From Clostridia bacterium (lineage in GTDB: Bacteria; Bacillota; Peptococcia; Peptococcales; BICA1-8), in assembly GCA_012720075.1 (NCBI GenBank), contig JAAXZE010000068.1:274-64273 (forward strand): 64,000 nucleotides of DNA, given 5' to 3'. Under the pieces are notes generated by a model. That model was not told the DNA's origin and did no database searches. It saw only the letters and a list, made by a program, of their open reading frames with translations. Position 1 is the first letter of the stretch. Each line of letters starts with the position of its first letter. A program made the translations under genes and the position numbers. Shown in pieces: positions 7,715-15,523 of the stretch.

Positions 7715-8128
7715 ATGAAAAAGTGGACCGATGAAATGATTATACGGGAGATTAAAAGATTGTCAAAAAACGGATATGCTCCTAATCCTAAGGAGTGTTC
7801 AAGTTTGTACTATGTCACGCAATATAAACGAAAAGGATGGTATTATTATTGCAACCTTGCAGGAGTTAAACCCAGGAATAAACCACGAAAGAAAACAAAA
7901 TACACTTCTAATTCAAAATTAAAACGGCCCAGCAACCCATACATAAAAAGGCTTGCCTATCTTTTAGGCATAGCCAGAAAATATGGCCACACAGATGGAG
8001 ATACGATTATGCGGTGCATTTATTTGGTTCATACGGGTGCTTTAGATAATCTTTTCAACATGGGGGAGGTAAAACATGAAGTTGGCAGGGATGAGTGGAA
8101 AAAGGAAAGCGAGGGCGAAAAAAAATGA
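7715..8128 (+). CDS. hypothetical protein (N-terminus resembles a homing-endonuclease-associated repeat)
   Basis: WTDEMIIREIKRLSKNGYAPNPKE...AGVKP pattern. Ends KKESEGEKK. Confidence 0.5.
   Translation: MKKWTDEMIIREIKRLSKNGYAPNPKECSSLYYVTQYKRKGWYYYCNLAGVKPRNKPRKKTKYTSNSKLKRPSNPYIKRLAYLLGIARKYGHTDGDTIMRCIYLVHTGALDNLFNMGEVKHEVGRDEWKKESEGEKK
8104..8128 (+). repeat. gene-junction cassette type 2, copy 1 (ggaaagcgagggcgaaaaaaaatga)
   Basis: ESEGE-encoding purine-rich SD block ending in an ATGA start/stop overlap. Confidence 0.7.
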
Positions 8129-8325
8129 AGCCTGATGGCGTGTCGGATGATATTTTCAATGACTTAGTAAATGCACTTGATAAAGCAATAATGCTGATAT
8201 ATGACATGTCAATAAGGAAAGTAGCATTTCCAGGCGACATGATACGCAGATGGGAGAATCTTGTTAAATATGCAAGGGCAAAGGAAAGTGAGGTCGAGCA
8301 GGATGAAGCAAATAACCAAGTATAA
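8125..8325 (+). CDS. hypothetical protein
   Basis: ATG 8125 overlaps the upstream TGA. The track start, GTG 8095, lies inside the junction cassette. Confidence 0.45.
   Translation: MKPDGVSDDIFNDLVNALDKAIMLIYDMSIRKVAFPGDMIRRWENLVKYARAKESEVEQDEANNQV
8283..8306 (+). repeat. gene-junction cassette type 2, copy 2 (ggaaagtgaggtcgagcaggatga)
   Basis: A diverged copy located immediately before ATG 8303. Confidence 0.6.
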
Positions 8326-8584
8326 ATGCGACTTCTGCAAGAGGTCATATATGAGCAAATATAAAGCAAGAGAACACGAAAATAAATGTTTCTTTAATCC
8401 TGCTGTTAAGTCCTGTGTTACATGCAGGCATGAAGATATAAAGTCAACTTTTGACGAAGAAGGAAATTGCATTGATGTTATAAGATGGTGTTTTGCAATG
8501 GAGCGTGTAATATTCTGCAAAGGTTATCCTATAAAGCATTGCACAGGTTGGCATGGGAAGGAAAGCGAGGGTGAGGAAGGATGA
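8303..8584 (+). CDS. zinc-finger protein
   Basis: YKCDFCKRSYMSKYKAREHENKC is C2H2-like, with additional Cys pairs. Ends GKESEGEEG. Confidence 0.55.
   Translation: MKQITKYKCDFCKRSYMSKYKAREHENKCFFNPAVKSCVTCRHEDIKSTFDEEGNCIDVIRWCFAMERVIFCKGYPIKHCTGWHGKESEGEEG
8560..8584 (+). repeat. gene-junction cassette type 2, copy 3 (ggaaagcgagggtgaggaaggatga)
   Basis: Same block, ending in an ATGA overlap at 8581-8584. Confidence 0.7.
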
Positions 8585-8838
8585 CACCACAAGAAATAAT
8601 CCAATGTTGTGAACGACAACTAATGCTAGGCAATCCTAACGTAGGCTTTTTGTTACCTGGAAAGTGGGGAAAACGGAACACAAGACGATTGTGGCCTGGT
8701 GGTCCAGAAGGCGAAATTGTATCAGAAATCTCAGGTAGAGGGATATATGTAATGTTTGACGCTAAAGAGGTCATGGAGGCAACAAAAAGGAAGATGAAAA
8801 AATTTGGAATGCTAGAAAGCGAGGGGAAAGAAGGATGA
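8581..8838 (+). CDS. hypothetical protein
   Basis: 85-aa ORF, ATGA-coupled. Ends LESEGKEG. Confidence 0.55.
   Translation: MTPQEIIQCCERQLMLGNPNVGFLLPGKWGKRNTRRLWPGGPEGEIVSEISGRGIYVMFDAKEVMEATKRKMKKFGMLESEGKEG
8814..8838 (+). repeat. gene-junction cassette type 2, copy 4 (agaaagcgaggggaaagaaggatga)
   Basis: The ATG at 8835 opens only a 6-codon stub (MTCKIT-stop). This is a junction with no downstream gene. Confidence 0.65.
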
Positions 8839-8913
8839 CCTGCAAAATTACTTGAAATTCTAAAAAATCATTTTCTATCATCTGCGTGATTCAGATATTT
8901 CCCTTTACAAGAC

Positions 8914-9111
8914 TTGGATTTAACCTTTACCGAAAAAGAAGTTGAAGATACTCAAGAACTTTGGAAAGCAGGAATACATATTGCGGATATGGCAAGGCAA
9001 TTAAAAAGGGAAACGGAAGAAGTGTTTATCCTGCTTTTGGATTTGGCAATGAAAAGAAAAATAAGGGAAAGAGAGAACGGAATTTTCGGTATAGACTATG
9101 AAACAGCATAA
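8914..9111 (+). CDS. putative small HTH DNA-binding protein (TTG start)
   Basis: ELWKAGIHIADMARQLKRETEEVFILL is HTH-like. Weak call. Confidence 0.4.
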   Translation: MDLTFTEKEVEDTQELWKAGIHIADMARQLKRETEEVFILLLDLAMKRKIRERENGIFGIDYETA

Positions 9112-9192
9112 AAAGCACAAAAAAATAGCCCTCTCGGGGCTGTGGTAATGATATCCAAGTACAATATACCATATCCGGGAGGGGTGGACAAT

Positions 9193-9663
9193 ATGAAATT
9201 GAAAAGAGCCGCTTATCGACATATAGAGGCGGAAATATATTCATACTATGATACATTGCGTGCTATAGAAGAATTAAGACGGGATATCATCTTAGCCGGC
9301 GGTATGCATGATGCATATGGTGCCGTGGTAGGCGATAGATACGCCGGCACCAGCATAGTCGAGCGCCGGGCTACAAAGCTGGCGGATAGTGTTTTGCTCC
9401 GGGAGATGGAACGCATTACAAAGACCATCCAGGACACTTTTGCCCAGGCAAAAGAGGAATGCCGACGAGTGGTATGGGTGAAGTACGGCTTGGCAATTGG
9501 CTGGGAACCACCGGCGGAGCTTGCAGCGCGGATGGAGGGGCGAAACCGGTTCGATATGTCGCCGGATGATATGGCGGAGGTGCTGGCGGTAGACAGGGCG
9601 ACGTTTCATAGGTATAGGAGCGGGTTTGTGTATGGGGTAGCAGAAAGGTTAGGATGGTATTGA
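9193..9663 (+). CDS. RinA-family phage late transcriptional activator
   Basis: RHIEAEIYSYYDTLRAIEELRRDII...ERRATKL...MERITKTIQ...VDRATFHRYRSGFVYGVAERLG follows the RinA pattern. ATG 9193 follows GGGAGGGGTGG. Confidence 0.7.
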   Translation: MKLKRAAYRHIEAEIYSYYDTLRAIEELRRDIILAGGMHDAYGAVVGDRYAGTSIVERRATKLADSVLLREMERITKTIQDTFAQAKEECRRVVWVKYGLAIGWEPPAELAARMEGRNRFDMSPDDMAEVLAVDRATFHRYRSGFVYGVAERLGWY

Positions 9664-9795
9664 AAGGTGGTGTTAATGTTGCAACCCATACTGAAATATC
9701 GGGCTTGAGGATTTAGGTGTGGTATTGACCAAAAACAGTTAAATTGAAAGTTTTTTATAAAAATTGTGGTTTTTATACGAGAGGAGCAGATACAG

Positions 9796-10167
9796 ATGAG
9801 AGAAATTAAGTTTAGAGGCAAGCGGTTAGATAATGGCGAATGGGTGTATGGGTTCTTAATCCAATATGAAAATGGTTGGTTTATATGTAACTTCATTGGC
9901 GATGCCTATCAATATGAAGTCGACCCATCTACCGTAGGACAGTTTACAGGCTTAAAAGATAAAAATGGGAAAGAGATTTATGAGGGAGATGTTGTCAGAA
10001 TAGATGATTTAGGTATTGGCATAGTTGATTACGAAGAGGGAAGGTTTGCTATGCGCCGAAGAGAAGAACGTTTTTGCTGGCCTGTATATTGTCGTATCGA
10101 CCATTCACCATTTGTGCCAGAGGTCATTGGCAACATCTATGAAAACCCAGAAATATTGAAGGAGTGA
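9796..10167 (+). CDS. YopX-family protein
   Basis: MREIKFRGKRLDNGEWVYG...GQFTGLKDKNGKEIYEGDVV...IGNIYENPE is the canonical YopX pattern. Confidence 0.8.
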   Translation: MREIKFRGKRLDNGEWVYGFLIQYENGWFICNFIGDAYQYEVDPSTVGQFTGLKDKNGKEIYEGDVVRIDDLGIGIVDYEEGRFAMRRREERFCWPVYCRIDHSPFVPEVIGNIYENPEILKE

Positions 10168-10287
10168 AATTATGAATAATAAATGGATTCCAATGCGTGG
10201 AGGAGGCCAGAGGGCATGATCAGAAATGTATCTGCAAGTATGGCGATGAAAACCGTTTGGAGTAGCTTACCCGTAAAATAAAACTAA

Positions 10288-10303
10288 TGCGACTTTTCTG
10301 CGA
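10288..10303 (+). repeat. 16-mer TGCGACTTTTCTGCGA, copy 1
   Basis: Identical to 11374-11389. Internal TGCGA direct repeat at 11-bp spacing. Preceded by a TACCC + A-rich tract. Lies 33 nt upstream of ATG 10336. Confidence 0.8.
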
Positions 10304-10335
10304 TAACTTTCAGGGTGGTTAGGAGGTTAAAAAGG

Positions 10336-10608
10336 ATGGCTGAAACGATGGCTCCTCAGCGGATAAAAAGGATAATGCAATATACGCCAGAGCAATTCTG
10401 TAAAGCAAATAAAGAGCAGGACATTAGGCGTATGTATCTGCGGGAAATACAGGAACATATCGATGCTACAGATGAAACACTTACCGAAATATCCAAAAAT
10501 CCACTACCAGAAGAATTAAGGCACTTTGAGAATGAATTTTTGCACGAACGTGAAATATTGGTCCACTGGGTTGATGTTTTAAAGAAGGAGGTTGAAAGGG
10601 ATGAGTGA
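10336..10608 (+). CDS. hypothetical protein
   Basis: ATG 10336 follows TAGGAGGT. No family recognised. Confidence 0.5.
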   Translation: MAETMAPQRIKRIMQYTPEQFCKANKEQDIRRMYLREIQEHIDATDETLTEISKNPLPEELRHFENEFLHEREILVHWVDVLKKEVERDE

Positions 10609-11149
10609 GGAAGTTAAAAGAAATTGCAACACATGTAAATTTGGGATGTTTGAGAGATGCGATACGCTAAAGAATAACGAGCAATATCAAAAAATTAAAG
10701 ACAACGGATTGTTTGACACTGGCAAATGGGAGTTCAAAAAAAATTTTATCTGTGACAATTATAAAAGCGTATATATTGAATACCCTATCGAAGTTTCAAA
10801 GATTAATCAAGATACTAATATGTCTGGCTTCATGGATGATGAAATAGGTAGATTTGTTAGAGTAAGACCATGTGCCAAGGAATATCAGAATAAAACATAT
10901 TTAGGCTTGTATCTTGGTGAATTGCCAGTAGGGCTTCAAATATCACATAATTCAGAAACAAAAGAGTTGAATGTAAGATTTAATATTAACCCTGCAATAT
11001 TCGTGTTTGATTTAAAGAAAATCATATACGGCTGCGAAAGTTGGTGGGGATTTATCGAAAGCGAAGATGAATTAAGAACAATTACAGATATTGACATTGA
11101 AAATGTTTGGTATGTAAAAGCGTTAGAGGCTTTGAGTCAGGAGAAATAA
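10601..11149 (+). CDS. hypothetical protein with N-terminal Cys cluster
   Basis: ATG 10601 lies 9 nt after GAAGGAGG. CNTCKFGMFERC motif. Confidence 0.55.
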   Translation: MSEEVKRNCNTCKFGMFERCDTLKNNEQYQKIKDNGLFDTGKWEFKKNFICDNYKSVYIEYPIEVSKINQDTNMSGFMDDEIGRFVRVRPCAKEYQNKTYLGLYLGELPVGLQISHNSETKELNVRFNINPAIFVFDLKKIIYGCESWWGFIESEDELRTITDIDIENVWYVKALEALSQEK

Positions 11150-11373
11150 AGCGAGATAAACATACTATGATTACTTGAAATCCATTAAAATCAACCCTTA
11201 TCGTGTATGGTTTTAGGGTAATAGAAAAGTTTTCTTTAGGCACAAATTGTAATAAGGATTATGAGTATGAGGGTTTCGGTGTGGACATAACCACATTATT
11301 GAAAATTATGGATAAGGGAAAATTTTAAAAATTTTTCCCTTAAATCCACACTGAATGTTAAATACCCAAAAAT

Positions 11374-11389
11374 TGCGACTTTTCTGCGA
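11374..11389 (+). repeat. 16-mer TGCGACTTTTCTGCGA, copy 2
   Basis: Identical to copy 1. Followed by TATAAT (11412-11417) and a hairpin terminator. Confidence 0.8.
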
Positions 11390-11428
11390 CTACTTTTAAA
11401 AGGAAATAGTTTATAATATATACTGAGG

Positions 11429-11456
11429 AGCCGTCCGGGAGGGCGGCTTTTGGTTT
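11429..11456 (+). terminator. intrinsic terminator, plus strand
   Basis: agccgtcc-ggga-gggcggct stem-loop followed by ttttggttt. Confidence 0.65.
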
Positions 11457-11483
11457 AGAAAAAGCCTGTACATTCGTACAGGC
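11457..11483 (-). terminator. intrinsic terminator, minus strand (ends the moron operon)
   Basis: gcctgtac-attc-gtacaggc stem, with a T-run on the minus strand (aaaaa 11459-11463). Confidence 0.65.
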
Positions 11484-11503
11484 CAAGAGGGATTTTGTGT
11501 CAA

Positions 11504-11635
11504 TTAACTAAATTCTGTGTTATTACATCTGGGGCACGGTGGTAAAGTATCGGTGTCATCATCTAACACAACAGTCTGACCGCACTTTGTACAAGTATAA
11601 ACTCCTGCTCCTGGTTTTTCACCTGTAGTTGGCAT
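11504..11635 (-). CDS. 43-aa zinc-ribbon protein
   Basis: Hand translation gives MPTTGEKPGAGVYTCTKCGQTVVLDDDTDTLPPCPRCNNTEFS. AAGGAGGTGA RBS. Two CxxC pairs. Below the ORF-track cut-off. Confidence 0.5.
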   Translation of the reverse strand: MPTTGEKPGAGVYTCTKCGQTVVLDDDTDTLPPCPRCNNTEFS

Positions 11636-11679
11636 AGATTTCACCTCCTTGTTAGCGTTGTTATAAAGTTAAAATCTAG

Positions 11680-11916
11680 TTAATATTTGGTGTCTTTTGG
11701 CGGACAGGGATCATTTCCGTAGCTGTCTTTATCTCTAATTCGCCCTTTTCTATCGTGGATTACTACTTCAGAACTTTGGTTTTTGGCGATGTCTTTGGCA
11801 ATGTTTATAGCCTCAGCTTGCGTAGGGGTGCGGGCTGTGGCTTTTTTGTTCCCTGCTCCTTTGACTTGCCAGCCGCCATCTGGATGCGGGGTAACGTGTT
11901 GGTTCTTTCCAGCCAT
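11680..11916 (-). CDS. DUF2188-like small protein
   Basis: MAGKNQHVTPHPDGGWQVKGAGNKKATARTPTQAEAINIAKDIAKNQSSEVVIHDRKGRIRDKDSYGNDPCPPKD. AGGAGGTGA RBS precedes ATG 11916. The 158-aa track ORF looks like an over-extension. Confidence 0.6.
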   Translation of the reverse strand: MAGKNQHVTPHPDGGWQVKGAGNKKATARTPTQAEAINIAKDIAKNQSSEVVIHDRKGRIRDKDSYGNDPCPPKDTKY

Positions 11917-11983
11917 GTTAATCACCTCCTTTCTATGACAAAATTCTCCAATAAGTAGCAAATACCTTTTTGGAGGTGGTATA

Positions 11984-12163
11984 ATGTGCAAAGTCCTTTT
12001 ATTATACCAGTGGGAAGTATTTGAATTTCCGTGGGGTACGGCAGTAAGGGAACAGCGAACAAATACCTGGATAAAGCTATTCCTTAAACCGGATGGGCAA
12101 GAAATAGATTTGTCTGGCAGGAAAGTAGAATTGCATGAGAATGGGATTGAGTTCATTATATAA
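11984..12163 (+). CDS. possible 59-aa protein
   Basis: Hand translation gives MCKVLLLYQWEVFEFPWGTAVREQRTNTWIKLFLKPDGQEIDLSGRKVELHENGIEFII. GGAGGTGG lies 5 nt upstream. The same bases also read as an extended -10 (TGGTATAAT). Confidence 0.3.
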   Translation: MCKVLLLYQWEVFEFPWGTAVREQRTNTWIKLFLKPDGQEIDLSGRKVELHENGIEFII

Positions 12164-12241
12164 TGTGGGACTCAAGTTCATTTTTGTGCAGGAAGTTGCC
12201 TTCTTTTGCCGAATTTTGGTGGTGAAAGGAGGTGAGTTTAG

Positions 12242-12721
12242 ATGAGTGAAAAACAAAAGAAACCAATTTATAAACGCTGGTGGTTTATCGCAATAGTAAT
12301 AGTTTTTCTAATAGGACTAATAGGTGGTGGTGGCGAAGATGAAGCAGGCCAAGATAATACAATTACAGAAGGGAAAACAGAGGAACCAGTTGAAGAAAAG
12401 AAAACAGATAATATCCCACGTGAGTACAGGAATGCCTTAAGAGCTGCACAGAACTATGTAGACATTATGCCCTTTTCTAAAAAAGGATTATTCAACCAAT
12501 TAACTTCTGAATATGGAGACCACTATCCAGAAGATGCCGCTCGATATGCAATTGAGAATGTAAAAGTAGATTGGCGTGAAGAGGCATTAGAGGCGGCTAT
12601 TAACTATCTAAAAATTATGCCTATGTCAGACAAGGAATTATTTGACCAGTTAACATCTGAATATGGGGAACAGTTTACTGAGGAAGAAGCACGGTATGCT
12701 ATTGAGAATTTACCAGATTAA
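12242..12721 (+). CDS. Ltp-like membrane-anchored superinfection-exclusion-type protein
   Basis: N-terminal TM helix (WWFIAIVIVFLIGLIGGGG) plus two tandem Ltp-type repeats (A..Y...MPFSKKGLFNQLTSEYGDHYPEDAARYAIEN / ...MPMSDKELFDQLTSEYGEQFTEEEARYAIEN). Confidence 0.7.
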   Translation: MSEKQKKPIYKRWWFIAIVIVFLIGLIGGGGEDEAGQDNTITEGKTEEPVEEKKTDNIPREYRNALRAAQNYVDIMPFSKKGLFNQLTSEYGDHYPEDAARYAIENVKVDWREEALEAAINYLKIMPMSDKELFDQLTSEYGEQFTEEEARYAIENLPD

Positions 12722-12746
12722 AAAGAGCCTTTGGGCTCTTTTTCTT
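12722..12746 (+). terminator. intrinsic terminator after the ltp-like gene
   Basis: gagcc-tttg-ggctc hairpin followed by tttttctttt. Confidence 0.6.
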
Positions 12747-12840
12747 TTGCGGGTCCTTCTGGAGATTTTTAAGGATTGCGGGTCTGGCGACGCCCGAAAT
12801 TCGTTTAGGCATAAAAAAATTTTTTTGAGGTTTTCTTTCC
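12747..12840 (+). other. candidate cos / terminase recognition region
   Basis: TTGCGGGTC occurs twice (12747, 12776). There is a local GC-rich block ggtctggcgacgcccg and an A7T7 tract (12823-12837). The region lies immediately upstream of the Nu1-like terS. Confidence 0.35.
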
Positions 12841-12862
12841 GAAATGCAGGCGGTGAAAAATA

Positions 12863-13462
12863 ATGGCAATAAATGCAAAAAAAGATATTTCTGATTTAAT
12901 AGTTAATACTGATGTTATGGCTGACCTGCTTGGTTTCACACGTCAGCGTGTGAACCAACTGGATAAAGAAGGGGTTTTAGTAAAAGCTGCTCCTGGTCGT
13001 TGGCCTTTGGCTGACAACATAAAAAAATATTTAGAATTTGTAAAGTATGGCCAAAGAACTAGTGAAGAAGAAGAGGCAGAAATACAGTATTGGGAAGAAA
13101 AAGCGTTACATGAGAAAGCTAAAAGAGAAACGGCAGAATTGAAACTTGCCAAGATGCAAAATCAACTTCATGATGCAAGGGACGTGGAGTTAGCTCTTAC
13201 TAATATGGTAGTTACTTTCAGAAATAAAGTTTTATCTATTCCTCAGAAACTTGCCCCAAAAATTATCGGTTTGGATAACTTGGCGGAAATTACCGAGGCC
13301 ATAAATGAAGAATTATATGAGGCGCTGACTGAGCTAAGTGAATATGACCCGGCCATGTTTGCTGGAGGTGAGGAAATCATTGAAATTGAAGAGGAAGACG
13401 ATCAGGTTATTTCAGAGGATAATCAAGAAGGTTGCACCTCCACCGAAACTGACAGTAAGTGA
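12863..13462 (+). CDS. terminase small subunit (Nu1-like HTH)
   Basis: MADLLGFTRQRVNQLDKEGVL is HTH-like, with a coiled-coil acidic C-terminus. Lies directly before the GpA-type TerL. Confidence 0.7.
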   Translation: MAINAKKDISDLIVNTDVMADLLGFTRQRVNQLDKEGVLVKAAPGRWPLADNIKKYLEFVKYGQRTSEEEEAEIQYWEEKALHEKAKRETAELKLAKMQNQLHDARDVELALTNMVVTFRNKVLSIPQKLAPKIIGLDNLAEITEAINEELYEALTELSEYDPAMFAGGEEIIEIEEEDDQVISEDNQEGCTSTETDSK

Positions 13463-15251
13463 ATGGGCTGATAGGTACCGAAAACTATCCCCCGAAAATG
13501 CCGCTGAACCGGGGCAGTGGCGAACAGATAGGGCTCCGTATCAGCGTGAAATAATGGATTGTGTTACAGACCCCAGAATTGAAAAAGTTGTAATTATGTC
13601 CAGCTCACAAATTGGAAAATCAGAAATAATAAATAATATAATTGGCTACTTTATCGACATAGATCCAGGACCCTTATTACTGGTACAACCAACTATAGAA
13701 ATTGCCCAGGATTATTCCAAAAGACGGATAACTCCAATGATTAAAGATACTGAGGTTTTGGCTGAAAAAGTAGCCGATTCTAAAACCCGTGATTTGAACA
13801 ACACTATACTTATGAAAGTATTTCCCGGAGGTTTTTTGGCTATGGCCGGTGCAAATAGCCCAGCCGGATTAGCCAGCAGACCTATCCGGGTTCTTTTATG
13901 TGATGAAGTAGACAGATATCCTGATAGTGCTGGCAGTGAAGGAGACCCAATAGGATTAGCGGAAAAAAGAACAACAACTTTTTATAACAGGAAGAAAATA
14001 TTTGTAAGTACACCAACTATTAAGGGTATTTCCAGGATTGAGGCAGAGTATGAACTTGGGACACAAGAAAAATGGTGTGTTAAGTGCCCTGGTTGTGGAA
14101 ACTATCATTTTATTGAATTGCGAGATATTCAATTTGATTATGAAAAAATAGAGTCAAATCGAAAAATAACCTATTTGGTTCATGATGTTAAATGGAAGTG
14201 CCCTAGCTGTTTAGAAAAATTCGATGAACATACCATTAAGCGGCAGCCAGCTAAATGGATCGCTGATAATCCAGAGGCTATAAATAATGGAATTAGAAGC
14301 TTTCGTTTAAACTCCTTTGTTTCCCCTTGGTATGATTGGAAACGTATAATACAAGAATTTTTGGATACAAAAAACGATCCTGAAAGGTTTAAAGTTTTTG
14401 TTAATACAGTTTTAGGTGAAACTTGGGAAGAAAGAGGAGAAATAGAGGATGAAAACATTCTTCTGGAAAGACGTGAAAAGTATGATGCAGACTTGCCGGA
14501 AGGTGTTTTAGTTCTTACATGTGCAGTAGATACCCAGGATGACCGTTTAGAATATGAAGTGGTTGGATGGGGCCAATATGAAGAATCCTGGGGCATTGAA
14601 AAGGGAATTATTTGGGGAAAACCTAATGATGATTCTACATGGCAGCAACTTGACGATAAATTATCCCAAGTGTGGAGATTTGCGGATGGAACTGGCTTAA
14701 CAGTATCTTGTACTTTTATTGACAGTGGTGGTCACTTCACAGAAGAAGTGTATCTCTATACCAAGGAAAGGCTACAGAACAAGGTTTTTCCCATAAAAGG
14801 TCAGGGTGGTTCTGGCATACCGTTACTTTACAAAATATCCAGAAACAATAAGTACAGGCTCCCGCTAATTTTAATAGGTGTCGATGCAGGAAAAACCAGC
14901 GTAATGCAAAGGCTAAAAATAAAAGAACCTGGGCCTAAGTATTGCCACTTCCCGGAAAACGAAGAAAAAGGTTATGACCAAATGTACTTTAAAGGGTTGA
15001 TTTCAGAAAAACAAGTGATTAGGAAAAGCAAAGGGCAACCTGTTACTGTTTGGGAAAGTATTGCTCCTGATAAAAGAAATGAACCCTTAGATTTACGTGT
15101 ATATAACTTAGCGGCTTTACATTTATTAAAGCCTAATTTTGATGCCTTAGAAAAAAAGCTAAGAGAAACACCTATGGAAAGCGCAAACATTCCTAAAAAA
15201 GTAGTATCCAAAAAGTCAAAAAGAAGAGTAATATCAAAAGGTATTTATTGA
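13338..15251 (+). CDS. terminase large subunit, GpA family
   Basis: TVSEWADRYRKLSPENAAEPGQWRTDRAPYQREIMD and LLCDEVDRYP are lambda gpA-like. The exact start is uncertain because it overlaps terS. Confidence 0.9.
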   Translation: MNMTRPCLLEVRKSLKLKRKTIRLFQRIIKKVAPPPKLTVSEWADRYRKLSPENAAEPGQWRTDRAPYQREIMDCVTDPRIEKVVIMSSSQIGKSEIINNIIGYFIDIDPGPLLLVQPTIEIAQDYSKRRITPMIKDTEVLAEKVADSKTRDLNNTILMKVFPGGFLAMAGANSPAGLASRPIRVLLCDEVDRYPDSAGSEGDPIGLAEKRTTTFYNRKKIFVSTPTIKGISRIEAEYELGTQEKWCVKCPGCGNYHFIELRDIQFDYEKIESNRKITYLVHDVKWKCPSCLEKFDEHTIKRQPAKWIADNPEAINNGIRSFRLNSFVSPWYDWKRIIQEFLDTKNDPERFKVFVNTVLGETWEERGEIEDENILLERREKYDADLPEGVLVLTCAVDTQDDRLEYEVVGWGQYEESWGIEKGIIWGKPNDDSTWQQLDDKLSQVWRFADGTGLTVSCTFIDSGGHFTEEVYLYTKERLQNKVFPIKGQGGSGIPLLYKISRNNKYRLPLILIGVDAGKTSVMQRLKIKEPGPKYCHFPENEEKGYDQMYFKGLISEKQVIRKSKGQPVTVWESIAPDKRNEPLDLRVYNLAALHLLKPNFDALEKKLRETPMESANIPKKVVSKKSKRRVISKGIY

Positions 15252-15260
15252 AAATGAAAG

Positions 15261-15509
15261 TTGGTGATTATATTGTCTGCGTGGACTTTAGAAACTGCAA
15301 AAAAGCATTTAGAAGCTTGGCTCAAAGCTGAATTAGCCGTATCCACCGGCCAATCATACAAGATCGGTAGCAGGCAACTTACAAGAGCGGATTTAGCTGA
15401 GATAAGGAAACAAATAATGTTCTGGCAGAAAGAAGTGGCCAAGTTAGAGGCCAAAGCTAGGGGTAAAGGTCCAAGAAGAGTGATAAGAGTAGTTCCGAGG
15501 GATTTATAG
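15261..15509 (+). CDS. gpW-like head-tail joining protein
   Basis: LETAKKHLEAWLKAELAVSTGQSYKIGSRQLTRADLAEIRKQIMFWQKEV. Sits between TerL and the portal. The start may be TTG 15273. Confidence 0.55.
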   Translation: MVIILSAWTLETAKKHLEAWLKAELAVSTGQSYKIGSRQLTRADLAEIRKQIMFWQKEVAKLEAKARGKGPRRVIRVVPRDL

Positions 15510-15523
15510 GTGGTGAATACTAA

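Noticed and set aside
11917-12156. N-terminal 80 aa of the 158-aa track ORF 11680..12156 (-).
   Set aside because: An internal ATG (11916) with a perfect AGGAGGTGA RBS starts a complete DUF2188-like protein. The extension has no family signal and conflicts with a plus-strand ORF/promoter.
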